Positions 10,602 to 25,041 of a stretch of DNA of 64,000 nt are shown in pieces (position 1 is the stretch's first letter; each line of letters starts with the position of its first letter). A model generated the notes under the pieces. It was not told where the DNA came from, ran no database searches, and was given only the letters and a program-made list of their open reading frames with translations. The position numbers were made by a program, and so were the translations under genes. The stretch comes from Mytilus trossulus (Eukaryota), in contig NC_086380.1 of NCBI RefSeq assembly GCF_036588685.1, positions 73,036,001-73,100,000 of the forward strand. Reading direction: 5' to 3'.

Positions 10602-13027
10602 ATGGGTCTAATCCCATGGCGTCTAAGGAAATACACATTTCAGAAAGGAAACAAGCCATATAATAAGGGGAAAAAATACAGAAATAAGACTTTACCTGCT
10701 GAAAAAGGCAAATTTGTGAGACTACCAAAAGACTTGTATGACTTAGTGACTAAATCTGTTCATAATAAGAATGTTCAACTCATTCCTGCCTCTACAAAAT
10801 CAGCTCGCTTTCTAAGGCCGAAGCCTCCGACAAAAACAGAAGTTGAAAAATGTGCTGAAAATGAAACAAAAACAGGGTAAGAATACTTTTTTTTGTTATT
10901 AAGCTTTCAAAAATAATTAAACTTGCTTAAAAAAGTCACTTATAAACAACTATGAAGAAAAAGGCATGTGTCTTATATGCCAATTCTTTAAATGTGACAG
11001 CTGAAGAAAATGCAAGCTAGGATAATACTTATTTTTAAATTTCTAGTCCTATATATATTTTCAAGAATTAAATAGTGCATGATTTTTATATATAATATAT
11101 ATAAAAACACAGGCAAAGAAAAAAATATGCACTTTTGAGAGTAAATTTGATCATTAAGCTTATTTAAAGAAAACACTATTGTAAGGGAGGTAATTCAAAA
11201 TAAAATTATTTTCACCTTTCCAAAACTTAGTTTTTACAAATAAAAAACTAATTCACTTCAATTTTGGCAACATTTTTCAACTTCAGGTCAGAGAAAAATA
11301 GTTTTCGACTCCTTCGGATCAATGAACTTGAACAGATGTGGAATGAGGTTTTCATAGAACACAGAAAAATATCCCCTATGTGTACAGGGTTCATATCATG
11401 GGATTTAAGTGCAGAACAGCAAAGAGGGGCTGCCTGGAGGGAAAAGGCAAGCTGCAATAAGTGTTCTTACCATTCAAAAATGTTCAACCTTTACAATGAG
11501 GTGATCGCAAAGAAACGTGGTCGTCGAACAGCAGCTATTAATCTATCCATACAAGTCGCACTTAATCACATAGCTATCAGCACAACTGGTCTACAGAAAT
11601 TATTTCTTGGTTCTAATATACCAGCTCCTTCCACTTCAAGTATGCAACACAGTGCTAATGTTGTTTCTGAAATTATAGAAGAGTACAATCAAAAGGATTT
11701 GGTTCAGAAAAGAAAATTACTGAAGGAAATAAACATATTAAGAGGTGATAATCCTAATATTATTAACATTCAGGCCGACGGAATGTATAATAACCCTATT
11801 TATTCCGGAATGGGTAAAACACCATTTCAACCAGCTACTCAATGTACGTATAACATGTTAGAAAATAATACTTATAAGCACAGTATTGTAAGCACAAGAC
11901 AAGTGTCTAAGCTTTGCTCAAATAAGAGTGAACATAAAACAAAAACAAAAGTTAAATCTCACAAAGGTCACTGTTCCGCAAACATTGAAATGCATGACAG
12001 CATAGGCAGTGAGGAGCGATGGGCTAAAGACTGCTTGTTAGACCTGAAAAATGATGGTCTGGAAGTTCAAGAAATTACCACTGACCCTGACAGCAGTGCA
12101 TTTAGAGCTGCAGAGTCTCTCTTTAAAGCTGGTACAACCAATACTCAGCCAATTCATTTTCTAGATACGAGACATGTGTCCGCAAATCATAGAAATTTTA
12201 TTAAAAAAATGTCAGGTCTGAAGGAAATAATGCCGGCACGATTAGTTTCAGAGAAAGATAAAATGCTAAAAAGGTTTGCATTAGATATGGCAGCACGTTG
12301 TCAGGCAGAGTACAATGCTGCCTTTGATAAATTCAATATGGACTCTGTACGGGTAAAAGTTCACCTATCATATGCATGTCATGCTATAGTTTCTTGCTAT
12401 CAGGGCGATCATAATGGTTGTACAAAATATTCCCTTGTTTGTTCAAATAGGAACAGTTTGAAGACATGGACTGAAAAATCAGCTTATCTGAAAAATAACT
12501 TTAAATTAAATAAATCAGAGAACACAGCAGCATTGTTACGTGAATGCGTAAAATATCGCCTTGGACCTACCATGCTAAACTGTACATGCAAAAACACTAA
12601 CACACAAAAAGCTGAAGCAACTAACCGTGCAATACGTGCAACTGTACCTAGCAATGTAACATTTACCAGAAACTATAAAGGAAGGGTACATACAGCTATA
12701 CATAACGTAAATAATGGCCCTGGAGAATCCATCGTGAAACTCTGTCAAGCGGCTGGGGTTCCCATCGAACCAGGAAGTCGTGCTGCCCATGGTCTGAAAA
12801 ATATTCAACAACATAATGAAAAACATAAATCATATAAGCAGTCAAAGAAGTACACAGATCAGAGATGCTCAAAAAAACATGAACTGTATAAAATATATGA
12901 TGAGCATCAAGAGGAAAAAGACTATGAGAAAAACAAACTTTTACCGACAAAACGACTGGCCGCAAAACAACCTCAAGAGTATTCGTTTGCCAAAAAACTC
13001 CGATCAAGACATGTTAAAAATAAATAA
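10602..13027 (+). CDS. DDD/E transposase, two exons (intron 10877-11286)
   Basis: Identical copy. Confidence 0.87.
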
Positions 13028-13037
13028 ATTACCTGCA

Positions 13038-13496
13038 TCAGATAAGACAACACGGTAAATGATTATTTGTACACTGTTTTGCCCGTCTACAGAAAATTCT
13101 CTCTATGTTTATACTGTGCGACTCTAAGATCAGGTGCTCCGGTTTAATACATTTGGGGTTATGGCAAAGGTGTGAAATATCTAAAGGATCACCGTTTGGA
13201 GAGAAACGGGGAAGATTTTCTTTTAATATTCTTTTATCTAGCATATAAGATAATCTGTGAGCTCTTTCAAGAGTTCTAGTGCCATCAGGCCAATTCATAA
13301 CTTTTTTCCCATAGACCCCATGCTCCAAAGCTCCAACCCACACTGTACAGTCATAATTTCCATGATTTTTTTCACTTTTCTTAGACAAAGCTAAAGCCAA
13401 TGCATTCCAAAATGATTCCATGTTGTTTCTGTAAAATGAAAACCCAAAAGGGGTCCGAAATTGGGATCCCAGGGAGGCTGAGGGGTGAATTCCCAT
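13038..13496 (-). CDS. His-Me finger endonuclease
   Basis: Identical copy. Confidence 0.9.
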   Translation of the reverse strand: MGIHPSASLGSQFRTPFGFSFYRNNMESFWNALALALSKKSEKNHGNYDCTVWVGALEHGVYGKKVMNWPDGTRTLERAHRLSYMLDKRILKENLPRFSPNGDPLDISHLCHNPKCIKPEHLILESHSINIERIFCRRAKQCTNNHLPCCLI

Positions 13497-14211
13497 TATT
13501 TACCTTATACTGTACTTTCAAACCCCTTTTAGTATCAAAATATTCTTATATTCTTGTTGTTATATATGTAAGTAATAGAAAATAATAAGTTACAATGGTA
13601 GTTTTTTCATTATTGTATTTTTATAGTACTTCTAGTAACTATACCCTGTTTGCGGCAAGATGTGTTTTTTTCCTGTTCACTATTTTTTTTTTTTTTATGC
13701 AATTTATATTTTTTTTTGTCTACTTAATAAACTCATTATATATTTGTGTTTTTCTTGTACCTTTGTGTAATAGCTATTTGAATCATGGTTAGTTTTACTA
13801 CAATCTGTTTATTTTGTAGAATTTTTGTTTTCTTTATGTACTATACCATAAAATGCATAAAAAGTTGTCATACAAGCTTCAAAAAACTATCCCTATAACA
13901 AAAACATACACCTTATCTTTACTTTCTGTTTATGTTATAGCACACAAGCCTGTCAGCACTGATAAAAAAATTCAATGAAGAGAGGTCAAATTATATGAAC
14001 TTGTCAAATTACAAAATAATGAGATTAACCATCATGATGATTTTTATATGATTTATATAAAAAATCTTACATCTGGGGTCACCTTCAGTACCATCTGATA
14101 TAAACAAAAAACTTAGTCATTCATGATTGTTTAGTTGTAAGGTCCTATATTTGTTATTTAAATATTAAAATACTGGAATAAAGTGCATTTCAAACAATTC
14201 TTACAATAACA

Positions 14212-16637
14212 ATGGGTCTAATCCCATGGCGTCTAAGGAAATACACATTTCAGAAAGGAAACAAGCCATATAATAAGGGGAAAAAATACAGAAATAAGAC
14301 TTTACCTGCTGAAAAAGGCAAATTTGTGAGACTACCAAAAGACTTGTATGACTTAGTGACTAAATCTGTTCATAATAAGAATGTTCAACTCATTCCTGCC
14401 TCTACAAAATCAGCTCGCTTTCTAAGGCCGAAGCCTCCGACAAAAACAGAAGTTGAAAAATGTGCTGAAAATGAAACAAAAACAGGGTAAGAATACTTTT
14501 TTTTGTTATTAAGCTTTCAAAAATAATTAAACTTGCTTAAAAAAGTCACTTATAAACAACTATGAAGAAAAAGGCATGTGTCTTATATGCCAATTCTTTA
14601 AATGTGACAGCTGAAGAAAATGCAAGCTAGGATAATACTTATTTTTAAATTTCTAGTCCTATATATATTTTCAAGAATTAAATAGTGCATGATTTTTATA
14701 TATAATATATATAAAAACACAGGCAAAGAAAAAAATATGCACTTTTGAGAGTAAATTTGATCATTAAGCTTATTTAAAGAAAACACTATTGTAAGGGAGG
14801 TAATTCAAAATAAAATTATTTTCACCTTTCCAAAACTTAGTTTTTACAAATAAAAAACTAATTCACTTCAATTTTGGCAACATTTTTCAACTTCAGGTCA
14901 GAGAAAAATAGTTTTCGACTCCTTCGGATCAATGAACTTGAACAGATGTGGAATGAGGTTTTCATAGAACACAGAAAAATATCCCCTATGTGTACAGGGT
15001 TCATATCATGGGATTTAAGTGCAGAACAGCAAAGAGGGGCTGCCTGGAGGGAAAAGGCAAGCTGCAATAAGTGTTCTTACCATTCAAAAATGTTCAACCT
15101 TTACAATGAGGTGATCGCAAAGAAACGTGGTCGTCGAACAGCAGCTATTAATCTATCCATACAAGTCGCACTTAATCACATAGCTATCAGCACAACTGGT
15201 CTACAGAAATTATTTCTTGGTTCTAATATACCAGCTCCTTCCACTTCAAGTATGCAACACAGTGCTAATGTTGTTTCTGAAATTATAGAAGAGTACAATC
15301 AAAAGGATTTGGTTCAGAAAAGAAAATTACTGAAGGAAATAAACATATTAAGAGGTGATAATCCTAATATTATTAACATTCAGGCCGACGGAATGTATAA
15401 TAACCCTATTTATTCCGGAATGGGTAAAACACCATTTCAACCAGCTACTCAATGTACGTATAACATGTTAGAAAATAATACTTATAAGCACAGTATTGTA
15501 AGCACAAGACAAGTGTCTAAGCTTTGCTCAAATAAGAGTGAACATAAAACAAAAACAAAAGTTAAATCTCACAAAGGTCACTGTTCCGCAAACATTGAAA
15601 TGCATGACAGCATAGGCAGTGAGGAGCGATGGGCTAAAGACTGCTTGTTAGACCTGAAAAATGATGGTCTGGAAGTTCAAGAAATTACCACTGACCCTGA
15701 CAGCAGTGCATTTAGAGCTGCAGAGTCTCTCTTTAAAGCTGGTACAACCAATACTCAGCCAATTCATTTTCTAGATACGAGACATGTGTCCGCAAATCAT
15801 AGAAATTTTATTAAAAAAATGTCAGGTCTGAAGGAAATAATGCCGGCACGATTAGTTTCAGAGAAAGATAAAATGCTAAAAAGGTTTGCATTAGATATGG
15901 CAGCACGTTGTCAGGCAGAGTACAATGCTGCCTTTGATAAATTCAATATGGACTCTGTACGGGTAAAAGTTCACCTATCATATGCATGTCATGCTATAGT
16001 TTCTTGCTATCAGGGCGATCATAATGGTTGTACAAAATATTCCCTTGTTTGTTCAAATAGGAACAGTTTGAAGACATGGACTGAAAAATCAGCTTATCTG
16101 AAAAATAACTTTAAATTAAATAAATCAGAGAACACAGCAGCATTGTTACGTGAATGCGTAAAATATCGCCTTGGACCTACCATGCTAAACTGTACATGCA
16201 AAAACACTAACACACAAAAAGCTGAAGCAACTAACCGTGCAATACGTGCAACTGTACCTAGCAATGTAACATTTACCAGAAACTATAAAGGAAGGGTACA
16301 TACAGCTATACATAACGTAAATAATGGCCCTGGAGAATCCATCGTGAAACTCTGTCAAGCGGCTGGGGTTCCCATCGAACCAGGAAGTCGTGCTGCCCAT
16401 GGTCTGAAAAATATTCAACAACATAATGAAAAACATAAATCATATAAGCAGTCAAAGAAGTACACAGATCAGAGATGCTCAAAAAAACATGAACTGTATA
16501 AAATATATGATGAGCATCAAGAGGAAAAAGACTATGAGAAAAACAAACTTTTACCGACAAAACGACTGGCCGCAAAACAACCTCAAGAGTATTCGTTTGC
16601 CAAAAAACTCCGATCAAGACATGTTAAAAATAAATAA
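14212..16637 (+). CDS. DDD/E transposase, two exons (intron 14487-14896)
   Basis: Identical copy. Confidence 0.87.
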
Positions 16638-16647
16638 ATTACCTGCA

Positions 16648-17106
16648 TCAGATAAGACAACACGGTAAATGATTATTTGTACACTGTTTTGCCCGTCTAC
16701 AGAAAATTCTCTCTATGTTTATACTGTGCGACTCTAAGATCAGGTGCTCCGGTTTAATACATTTGGGGTTATGGCAAAGGTGTGAAATATCTAAAGGATC
16801 ACCGTTTGGAGAGAAACGGGGAAGATTTTCTTTTAATATTCTTTTATCTAGCATATAAGATAATCTGTGAGCTCTTTCAAGAGTTCTAGTGCCATCAGGC
16901 CAATTCATAACTTTTTTCCCATAGACCCCATGCTCCAAAGCTCCAACCCACACTGTACAGTCATAATTTCCATGATTTTTTTCACTTTTCTTAGACAAAG
17001 CTAAAGCCAATGCATTCCAAAATGATTCCATGTTGTTTCTGTAAAATGAAAACCCAAAAGGGGTCCGAAATTGGGATCCCAGGGAGGCTGAGGGGTGAAT
17101 TCCCAT
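16648..17106 (-). CDS. His-Me finger endonuclease
   Basis: Identical copy. Confidence 0.9.
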   Translation of the reverse strand: MGIHPSASLGSQFRTPFGFSFYRNNMESFWNALALALSKKSEKNHGNYDCTVWVGALEHGVYGKKVMNWPDGTRTLERAHRLSYMLDKRILKENLPRFSPNGDPLDISHLCHNPKCIKPEHLILESHSINIERIFCRRAKQCTNNHLPCCLI

Positions 17107-17821
17107 TATTTACCTTATACTGTACTTTCAAACCCCTTTTAGTATCAAAATATTCTTATATTCTTGTTGTTATATATGTAAGTAATAGAAAATAATAAGT
17201 TACAATGGTAGTTTTTTCATTATTGTATTTTTATAGTACTTCTAGTAACTATACCCTGTTTGCGGCAAGATGTGTTTTTTTCCTGTTCACTATTTTTTTT
17301 TTTTTTATGCAATTTATATTTTTTTTTGTCTACTTAATAAACTCATTATATATTTGTGTTTTTCTTGTACCTTTGTGTAATAGCTATTTGAATCATGGTT
17401 AGTTTTACTACAATCTGTTTATTTTGTAGAATTTTTGTTTTCTTTATGTACTATACCATAAAATGCATAAAAAGTTGTCATACAAGCTTCAAAAAACTAT
17501 CCCTATAACAAAAACATACACCTTATCTTTACTTTCTGTTTATGTTATAGCACACAAGCCTGTCAGCACTGATAAAAAAATTCAATGAAGAGAGGTCAAA
17601 TTATATGAACTTGTCAAATTACAAAATAATGAGATTAACCATCATGATGATTTTTATATGATTTATATAAAAAATCTTACATCTGGGGTCACCTTCAGTA
17701 CCATCTGATATAAACAAAAAACTTAGTCATTCATGATTGTTTAGTTGTAAGGTCCTATATTTGTTATTTAAATATTAAAATACTGGAATAAAGTGCATTT
17801 CAAACAATTCTTACAATAACA

Positions 17822-20247
17822 ATGGGTCTAATCCCATGGCGTCTAAGGAAATACACATTTCAGAAAGGAAACAAGCCATATAATAAGGGGAAAAAATACA
17901 GAAATAAGACTTTACCTGCTGAAAAAGGCAAATTTGTGAGACTACCAAAAGACTTGTATGACTTAGTGACTAAATCTGTTCATAATAAGAATGTTCAACT
18001 CATTCCTGCCTCTACAAAATCAGCTCGCTTTCTAAGGCCGAAGCCTCCGACAAAAACAGAAGTTGAAAAATGTGCTGAAAATGAAACAAAAACAGGGTAA
18101 GAATACTTTTTTTTGTTATTAAGCTTTCAAAAATAATTAAACTTGCTTAAAAAAGTCACTTATAAACAACTATGAAGAAAAAGGCATGTGTCTTATATGC
18201 CAATTCTTTAAATGTGACAGCTGAAGAAAATGCAAGCTAGGATAATACTTATTTTTAAATTTCTAGTCCTATATATATTTTCAAGAATTAAATAGTGCAT
18301 GATTTTTATATATAATATATATAAAAACACAGGCAAAGAAAAAAATATGCACTTTTGAGAGTAAATTTGATCATTAAGCTTATTTAAAGAAAACACTATT
18401 GTAAGGGAGGTAATTCAAAATAAAATTATTTTCACCTTTCCAAAACTTAGTTTTTACAAATAAAAAACTAATTCACTTCAATTTTGGCAACATTTTTCAA
18501 CTTCAGGTCAGAGAAAAATAGTTTTCGACTCCTTCGGATCAATGAACTTGAACAGATGTGGAATGAGGTTTTCATAGAACACAGAAAAATATCCCCTATG
18601 TGTACAGGGTTCATATCATGGGATTTAAGTGCAGAACAGCAAAGAGGGGCTGCCTGGAGGGAAAAGGCAAGCTGCAATAAGTGTTCTTACCATTCAAAAA
18701 TGTTCAACCTTTACAATGAGGTGATCGCAAAGAAACGTGGTCGTCGAACAGCAGCTATTAATCTATCCATACAAGTCGCACTTAATCACATAGCTATCAG
18801 CACAACTGGTCTACAGAAATTATTTCTTGGTTCTAATATACCAGCTCCTTCCACTTCAAGTATGCAACACAGTGCTAATGTTGTTTCTGAAATTATAGAA
18901 GAGTACAATCAAAAGGATTTGGTTCAGAAAAGAAAATTACTGAAGGAAATAAACATATTAAGAGGTGATAATCCTAATATTATTAACATTCAGGCCGACG
19001 GAATGTATAATAACCCTATTTATTCCGGAATGGGTAAAACACCATTTCAACCAGCTACTCAATGTACGTATAACATGTTAGAAAATAATACTTATAAGCA
19101 CAGTATTGTAAGCACAAGACAAGTGTCTAAGCTTTGCTCAAATAAGAGTGAACATAAAACAAAAACAAAAGTTAAATCTCACAAAGGTCACTGTTCCGCA
19201 AACATTGAAATGCATGACAGCATAGGCAGTGAGGAGCGATGGGCTAAAGACTGCTTGTTAGACCTGAAAAATGATGGTCTGGAAGTTCAAGAAATTACCA
19301 CTGACCCTGACAGCAGTGCATTTAGAGCTGCAGAGTCTCTCTTTAAAGCTGGTACAACCAATACTCAGCCAATTCATTTTCTAGATACGAGACATGTGTC
19401 CGCAAATCATAGAAATTTTATTAAAAAAATGTCAGGTCTGAAGGAAATAATGCCGGCACGATTAGTTTCAGAGAAAGATAAAATGCTAAAAAGGTTTGCA
19501 TTAGATATGGCAGCACGTTGTCAGGCAGAGTACAATGCTGCCTTTGATAAATTCAATATGGACTCTGTACGGGTAAAAGTTCACCTATCATATGCATGTC
19601 ATGCTATAGTTTCTTGCTATCAGGGCGATCATAATGGTTGTACAAAATATTCCCTTGTTTGTTCAAATAGGAACAGTTTGAAGACATGGACTGAAAAATC
19701 AGCTTATCTGAAAAATAACTTTAAATTAAATAAATCAGAGAACACAGCAGCATTGTTACGTGAATGCGTAAAATATCGCCTTGGACCTACCATGCTAAAC
19801 TGTACATGCAAAAACACTAACACACAAAAAGCTGAAGCAACTAACCGTGCAATACGTGCAACTGTACCTAGCAATGTAACATTTACCAGAAACTATAAAG
19901 GAAGGGTACATACAGCTATACATAACGTAAATAATGGCCCTGGAGAATCCATCGTGAAACTCTGTCAAGCGGCTGGGGTTCCCATCGAACCAGGAAGTCG
20001 TGCTGCCCATGGTCTGAAAAATATTCAACAACATAATGAAAAACATAAATCATATAAGCAGTCAAAGAAGTACACAGATCAGAGATGCTCAAAAAAACAT
20101 GAACTGTATAAAATATATGATGAGCATCAAGAGGAAAAAGACTATGAGAAAAACAAACTTTTACCGACAAAACGACTGGCCGCAAAACAACCTCAAGAGT
20201 ATTCGTTTGCCAAAAAACTCCGATCAAGACATGTTAAAAATAAATAA
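17822..20247 (+). CDS. DDD/E transposase, two exons (intron 18097-18506)
   Basis: Identical copy. Confidence 0.87.
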
Positions 20248-20257
20248 ATTACCTGCA

Positions 20258-20716
20258 TCAGATAAGACAACACGGTAAATGATTATTTGTACACTGTTTT
20301 GCCCGTCTACAGAAAATTCTCTCTATGTTTATACTGTGCGACTCTAAGATCAGGTGCTCCGGTTTAATACATTTGGGGTTATGGCAAAGGTGTGAAATAT
20401 CTAAAGGATCACCGTTTGGAGAGAAACGGGGAAGATTTTCTTTTAATATTCTTTTATCTAGCATATAAGATAATCTGTGAGCTCTTTCAAGAGTTCTAGT
20501 GCCATCAGGCCAATTCATAACTTTTTTCCCATAGACCCCATGCTCCAAAGCTCCAACCCACACTGTACAGTCATAATTTCCATGATTTTTTTCACTTTTC
20601 TTAGACAAAGCTAAAGCCAATGCATTCCAAAATGATTCCATGTTGTTTCTGTAAAATGAAAACCCAAAAGGGGTCCGAAATTGGGATCCCAGGGAGGCTG
20701 AGGGGTGAATTCCCAT
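20258..20716 (-). CDS. His-Me finger endonuclease
   Basis: Identical copy. Confidence 0.9.
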   Translation of the reverse strand: MGIHPSASLGSQFRTPFGFSFYRNNMESFWNALALALSKKSEKNHGNYDCTVWVGALEHGVYGKKVMNWPDGTRTLERAHRLSYMLDKRILKENLPRFSPNGDPLDISHLCHNPKCIKPEHLILESHSINIERIFCRRAKQCTNNHLPCCLI

Positions 20717-21431
20717 TATTTACCTTATACTGTACTTTCAAACCCCTTTTAGTATCAAAATATTCTTATATTCTTGTTGTTATATATGTAAGTAATAGAA
20801 AATAATAAGTTACAATGGTAGTTTTTTCATTATTGTATTTTTATAGTACTTCTAGTAACTATACCCTGTTTGCGGCAAGATGTGTTTTTTTCCTGTTCAC
20901 TATTTTTTTTTTTTTTATGCAATTTATATTTTTTTTTGTCTACTTAATAAACTCATTATATATTTGTGTTTTTCTTGTACCTTTGTGTAATAGCTATTTG
21001 AATCATGGTTAGTTTTACTACAATCTGTTTATTTTGTAGAATTTTTGTTTTCTTTATGTACTATACCATAAAATGCATAAAAAGTTGTCATACAAGCTTC
21101 AAAAAACTATCCCTATAACAAAAACATACACCTTATCTTTACTTTCTGTTTATGTTATAGCACACAAGCCTGTCAGCACTGATAAAAAAATTCAATGAAG
21201 AGAGGTCAAATTATATGAACTTGTCAAATTACAAAATAATGAGATTAACCATCATGATGATTTTTATATGATTTATATAAAAAATCTTACATCTGGGGTC
21301 ACCTTCAGTACCATCTGATATAAACAAAAAACTTAGTCATTCATGATTGTTTAGTTGTAAGGTCCTATATTTGTTATTTAAATATTAAAATACTGGAATA
21401 AAGTGCATTTCAAACAATTCTTACAATAACA

Positions 21432-23857
21432 ATGGGTCTAATCCCATGGCGTCTAAGGAAATACACATTTCAGAAAGGAAACAAGCCATATAATAAGGGG
21501 AAAAAATACAGAAATAAGACTTTACCTGCTGAAAAAGGCAAATTTGTGAGACTACCAAAAGACTTGTATGACTTAGTGACTAAATCTGTTCATAATAAGA
21601 ATGTTCAACTCATTCCTGCCTCTACAAAATCAGCTCGCTTTCTAAGGCCGAAGCCTCCGACAAAAACAGAAGTTGAAAAATGTGCTGAAAATGAAACAAA
21701 AACAGGGTAAGAATACTTTTTTTTGTTATTAAGCTTTCAAAAATAATTAAACTTGCTTAAAAAAGTCACTTATAAACAACTATGAAGAAAAAGGCATGTG
21801 TCTTATATGCCAATTCTTTAAATGTGACAGCTGAAGAAAATGCAAGCTAGGATAATACTTATTTTTAAATTTCTAGTCCTATATATATTTTCAAGAATTA
21901 AATAGTGCATGATTTTTATATATAATATATATAAAAACACAGGCAAAGAAAAAAATATGCACTTTTGAGAGTAAATTTGATCATTAAGCTTATTTAAAGA
22001 AAACACTATTGTAAGGGAGGTAATTCAAAATAAAATTATTTTCACCTTTCCAAAACTTAGTTTTTACAAATAAAAAACTAATTCACTTCAATTTTGGCAA
22101 CATTTTTCAACTTCAGGTCAGAGAAAAATAGTTTTCGACTCCTTCGGATCAATGAACTTGAACAGATGTGGAATGAGGTTTTCATAGAACACAGAAAAAT
22201 ATCCCCTATGTGTACAGGGTTCATATCATGGGATTTAAGTGCAGAACAGCAAAGAGGGGCTGCCTGGAGGGAAAAGGCAAGCTGCAATAAGTGTTCTTAC
22301 CATTCAAAAATGTTCAACCTTTACAATGAGGTGATCGCAAAGAAACGTGGTCGTCGAACAGCAGCTATTAATCTATCCATACAAGTCGCACTTAATCACA
22401 TAGCTATCAGCACAACTGGTCTACAGAAATTATTTCTTGGTTCTAATATACCAGCTCCTTCCACTTCAAGTATGCAACACAGTGCTAATGTTGTTTCTGA
22501 AATTATAGAAGAGTACAATCAAAAGGATTTGGTTCAGAAAAGAAAATTACTGAAGGAAATAAACATATTAAGAGGTGATAATCCTAATATTATTAACATT
22601 CAGGCCGACGGAATGTATAATAACCCTATTTATTCCGGAATGGGTAAAACACCATTTCAACCAGCTACTCAATGTACGTATAACATGTTAGAAAATAATA
22701 CTTATAAGCACAGTATTGTAAGCACAAGACAAGTGTCTAAGCTTTGCTCAAATAAGAGTGAACATAAAACAAAAACAAAAGTTAAATCTCACAAAGGTCA
22801 CTGTTCCGCAAACATTGAAATGCATGACAGCATAGGCAGTGAGGAGCGATGGGCTAAAGACTGCTTGTTAGACCTGAAAAATGATGGTCTGGAAGTTCAA
22901 GAAATTACCACTGACCCTGACAGCAGTGCATTTAGAGCTGCAGAGTCTCTCTTTAAAGCTGGTACAACCAATACTCAGCCAATTCATTTTCTAGATACGA
23001 GACATGTGTCCGCAAATCATAGAAATTTTATTAAAAAAATGTCAGGTCTGAAGGAAATAATGCCGGCACGATTAGTTTCAGAGAAAGATAAAATGCTAAA
23101 AAGGTTTGCATTAGATATGGCAGCACGTTGTCAGGCAGAGTACAATGCTGCCTTTGATAAATTCAATATGGACTCTGTACGGGTAAAAGTTCACCTATCA
23201 TATGCATGTCATGCTATAGTTTCTTGCTATCAGGGCGATCATAATGGTTGTACAAAATATTCCCTTGTTTGTTCAAATAGGAACAGTTTGAAGACATGGA
23301 CTGAAAAATCAGCTTATCTGAAAAATAACTTTAAATTAAATAAATCAGAGAACACAGCAGCATTGTTACGTGAATGCGTAAAATATCGCCTTGGACCTAC
23401 CATGCTAAACTGTACATGCAAAAACACTAACACACAAAAAGCTGAAGCAACTAACCGTGCAATACGTGCAACTGTACCTAGCAATGTAACATTTACCAGA
23501 AACTATAAAGGAAGGGTACATACAGCTATACATAACGTAAATAATGGCCCTGGAGAATCCATCGTGAAACTCTGTCAAGCGGCTGGGGTTCCCATCGAAC
23601 CAGGAAGTCGTGCTGCCCATGGTCTGAAAAATATTCAACAACATAATGAAAAACATAAATCATATAAGCAGTCAAAGAAGTACACAGATCAGAGATGCTC
23701 AAAAAAACATGAACTGTATAAAATATATGATGAGCATCAAGAGGAAAAAGACTATGAGAAAAACAAACTTTTACCGACAAAACGACTGGCCGCAAAACAA
23801 CCTCAAGAGTATTCGTTTGCCAAAAAACTCCGATCAAGACATGTTAAAAATAAATAA
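21432..23857 (+). CDS. DDD/E transposase, two exons (intron 21707-22116)
   Basis: Identical copy. Confidence 0.87.
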
Positions 23858-23867
23858 ATTACCTGCA

Positions 23868-24326
23868 TCAGATAAGACAACACGGTAAATGATTATTTGT
23901 ACACTGTTTTGCCCGTCTACAGAAAATTCTCTCTATGTTTATACTGTGCGACTCTAAGATCAGGTGCTCCGGTTTAATACATTTGGGGTTATGGCAAAGG
24001 TGTGAAATATCTAAAGGATCACCGTTTGGAGAGAAACGGGGAAGATTTTCTTTTAATATTCTTTTATCTAGCATATAAGATAATCTGTGAGCTCTTTCAA
24101 GAGTTCTAGTGCCATCAGGCCAATTCATAACTTTTTTCCCATAGACCCCATGCTCCAAAGCTCCAACCCACACTGTACAGTCATAATTTCCATGATTTTT
24201 TTCACTTTTCTTAGACAAAGCTAAAGCCAATGCATTCCAAAATGATTCCATGTTGTTTCTGTAAAATGAAAACCCAAAAGGGGTCCGAAATTGGGATCCC
24301 AGGGAGGCTGAGGGGTGAATTCCCAT
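23868..24326 (-). CDS. His-Me finger endonuclease
   Basis: Identical copy. Confidence 0.9.
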   Translation of the reverse strand: MGIHPSASLGSQFRTPFGFSFYRNNMESFWNALALALSKKSEKNHGNYDCTVWVGALEHGVYGKKVMNWPDGTRTLERAHRLSYMLDKRILKENLPRFSPNGDPLDISHLCHNPKCIKPEHLILESHSINIERIFCRRAKQCTNNHLPCCLI

Positions 24327-25041
24327 TATTTACCTTATACTGTACTTTCAAACCCCTTTTAGTATCAAAATATTCTTATATTCTTGTTGTTATATATGTA
24401 AGTAATAGAAAATAATAAGTTACAATGGTAGTTTTTTCATTATTGTATTTTTATAGTACTTCTAGTAACTATACCCTGTTTGCGGCAAGATGTGTTTTTT
24501 TCCTGTTCACTATTTTTTTTTTTTTTATGCAATTTATATTTTTTTTTGTCTACTTAATAAACTCATTATATATTTGTGTTTTTCTTGTACCTTTGTGTAA
24601 TAGCTATTTGAATCATGGTTAGTTTTACTACAATCTGTTTATTTTGTAGAATTTTTGTTTTCTTTATGTACTATACCATAAAATGCATAAAAAGTTGTCA
24701 TACAAGCTTCAAAAAACTATCCCTATAACAAAAACATACACCTTATCTTTACTTTCTGTTTATGTTATAGCACACAAGCCTGTCAGCACTGATAAAAAAA
24801 TTCAATGAAGAGAGGTCAAATTATATGAACTTGTCAAATTACAAAATAATGAGATTAACCATCATGATGATTTTTATATGATTTATATAAAAAATCTTAC
24901 ATCTGGGGTCACCTTCAGTACCATCTGATATAAACAAAAAACTTAGTCATTCATGATTGTTTAGTTGTAAGGTCCTATATTTGTTATTTAAATATTAAAA
25001 TACTGGAATAAAGTGCATTTCAAACAATTCTTACAATAACA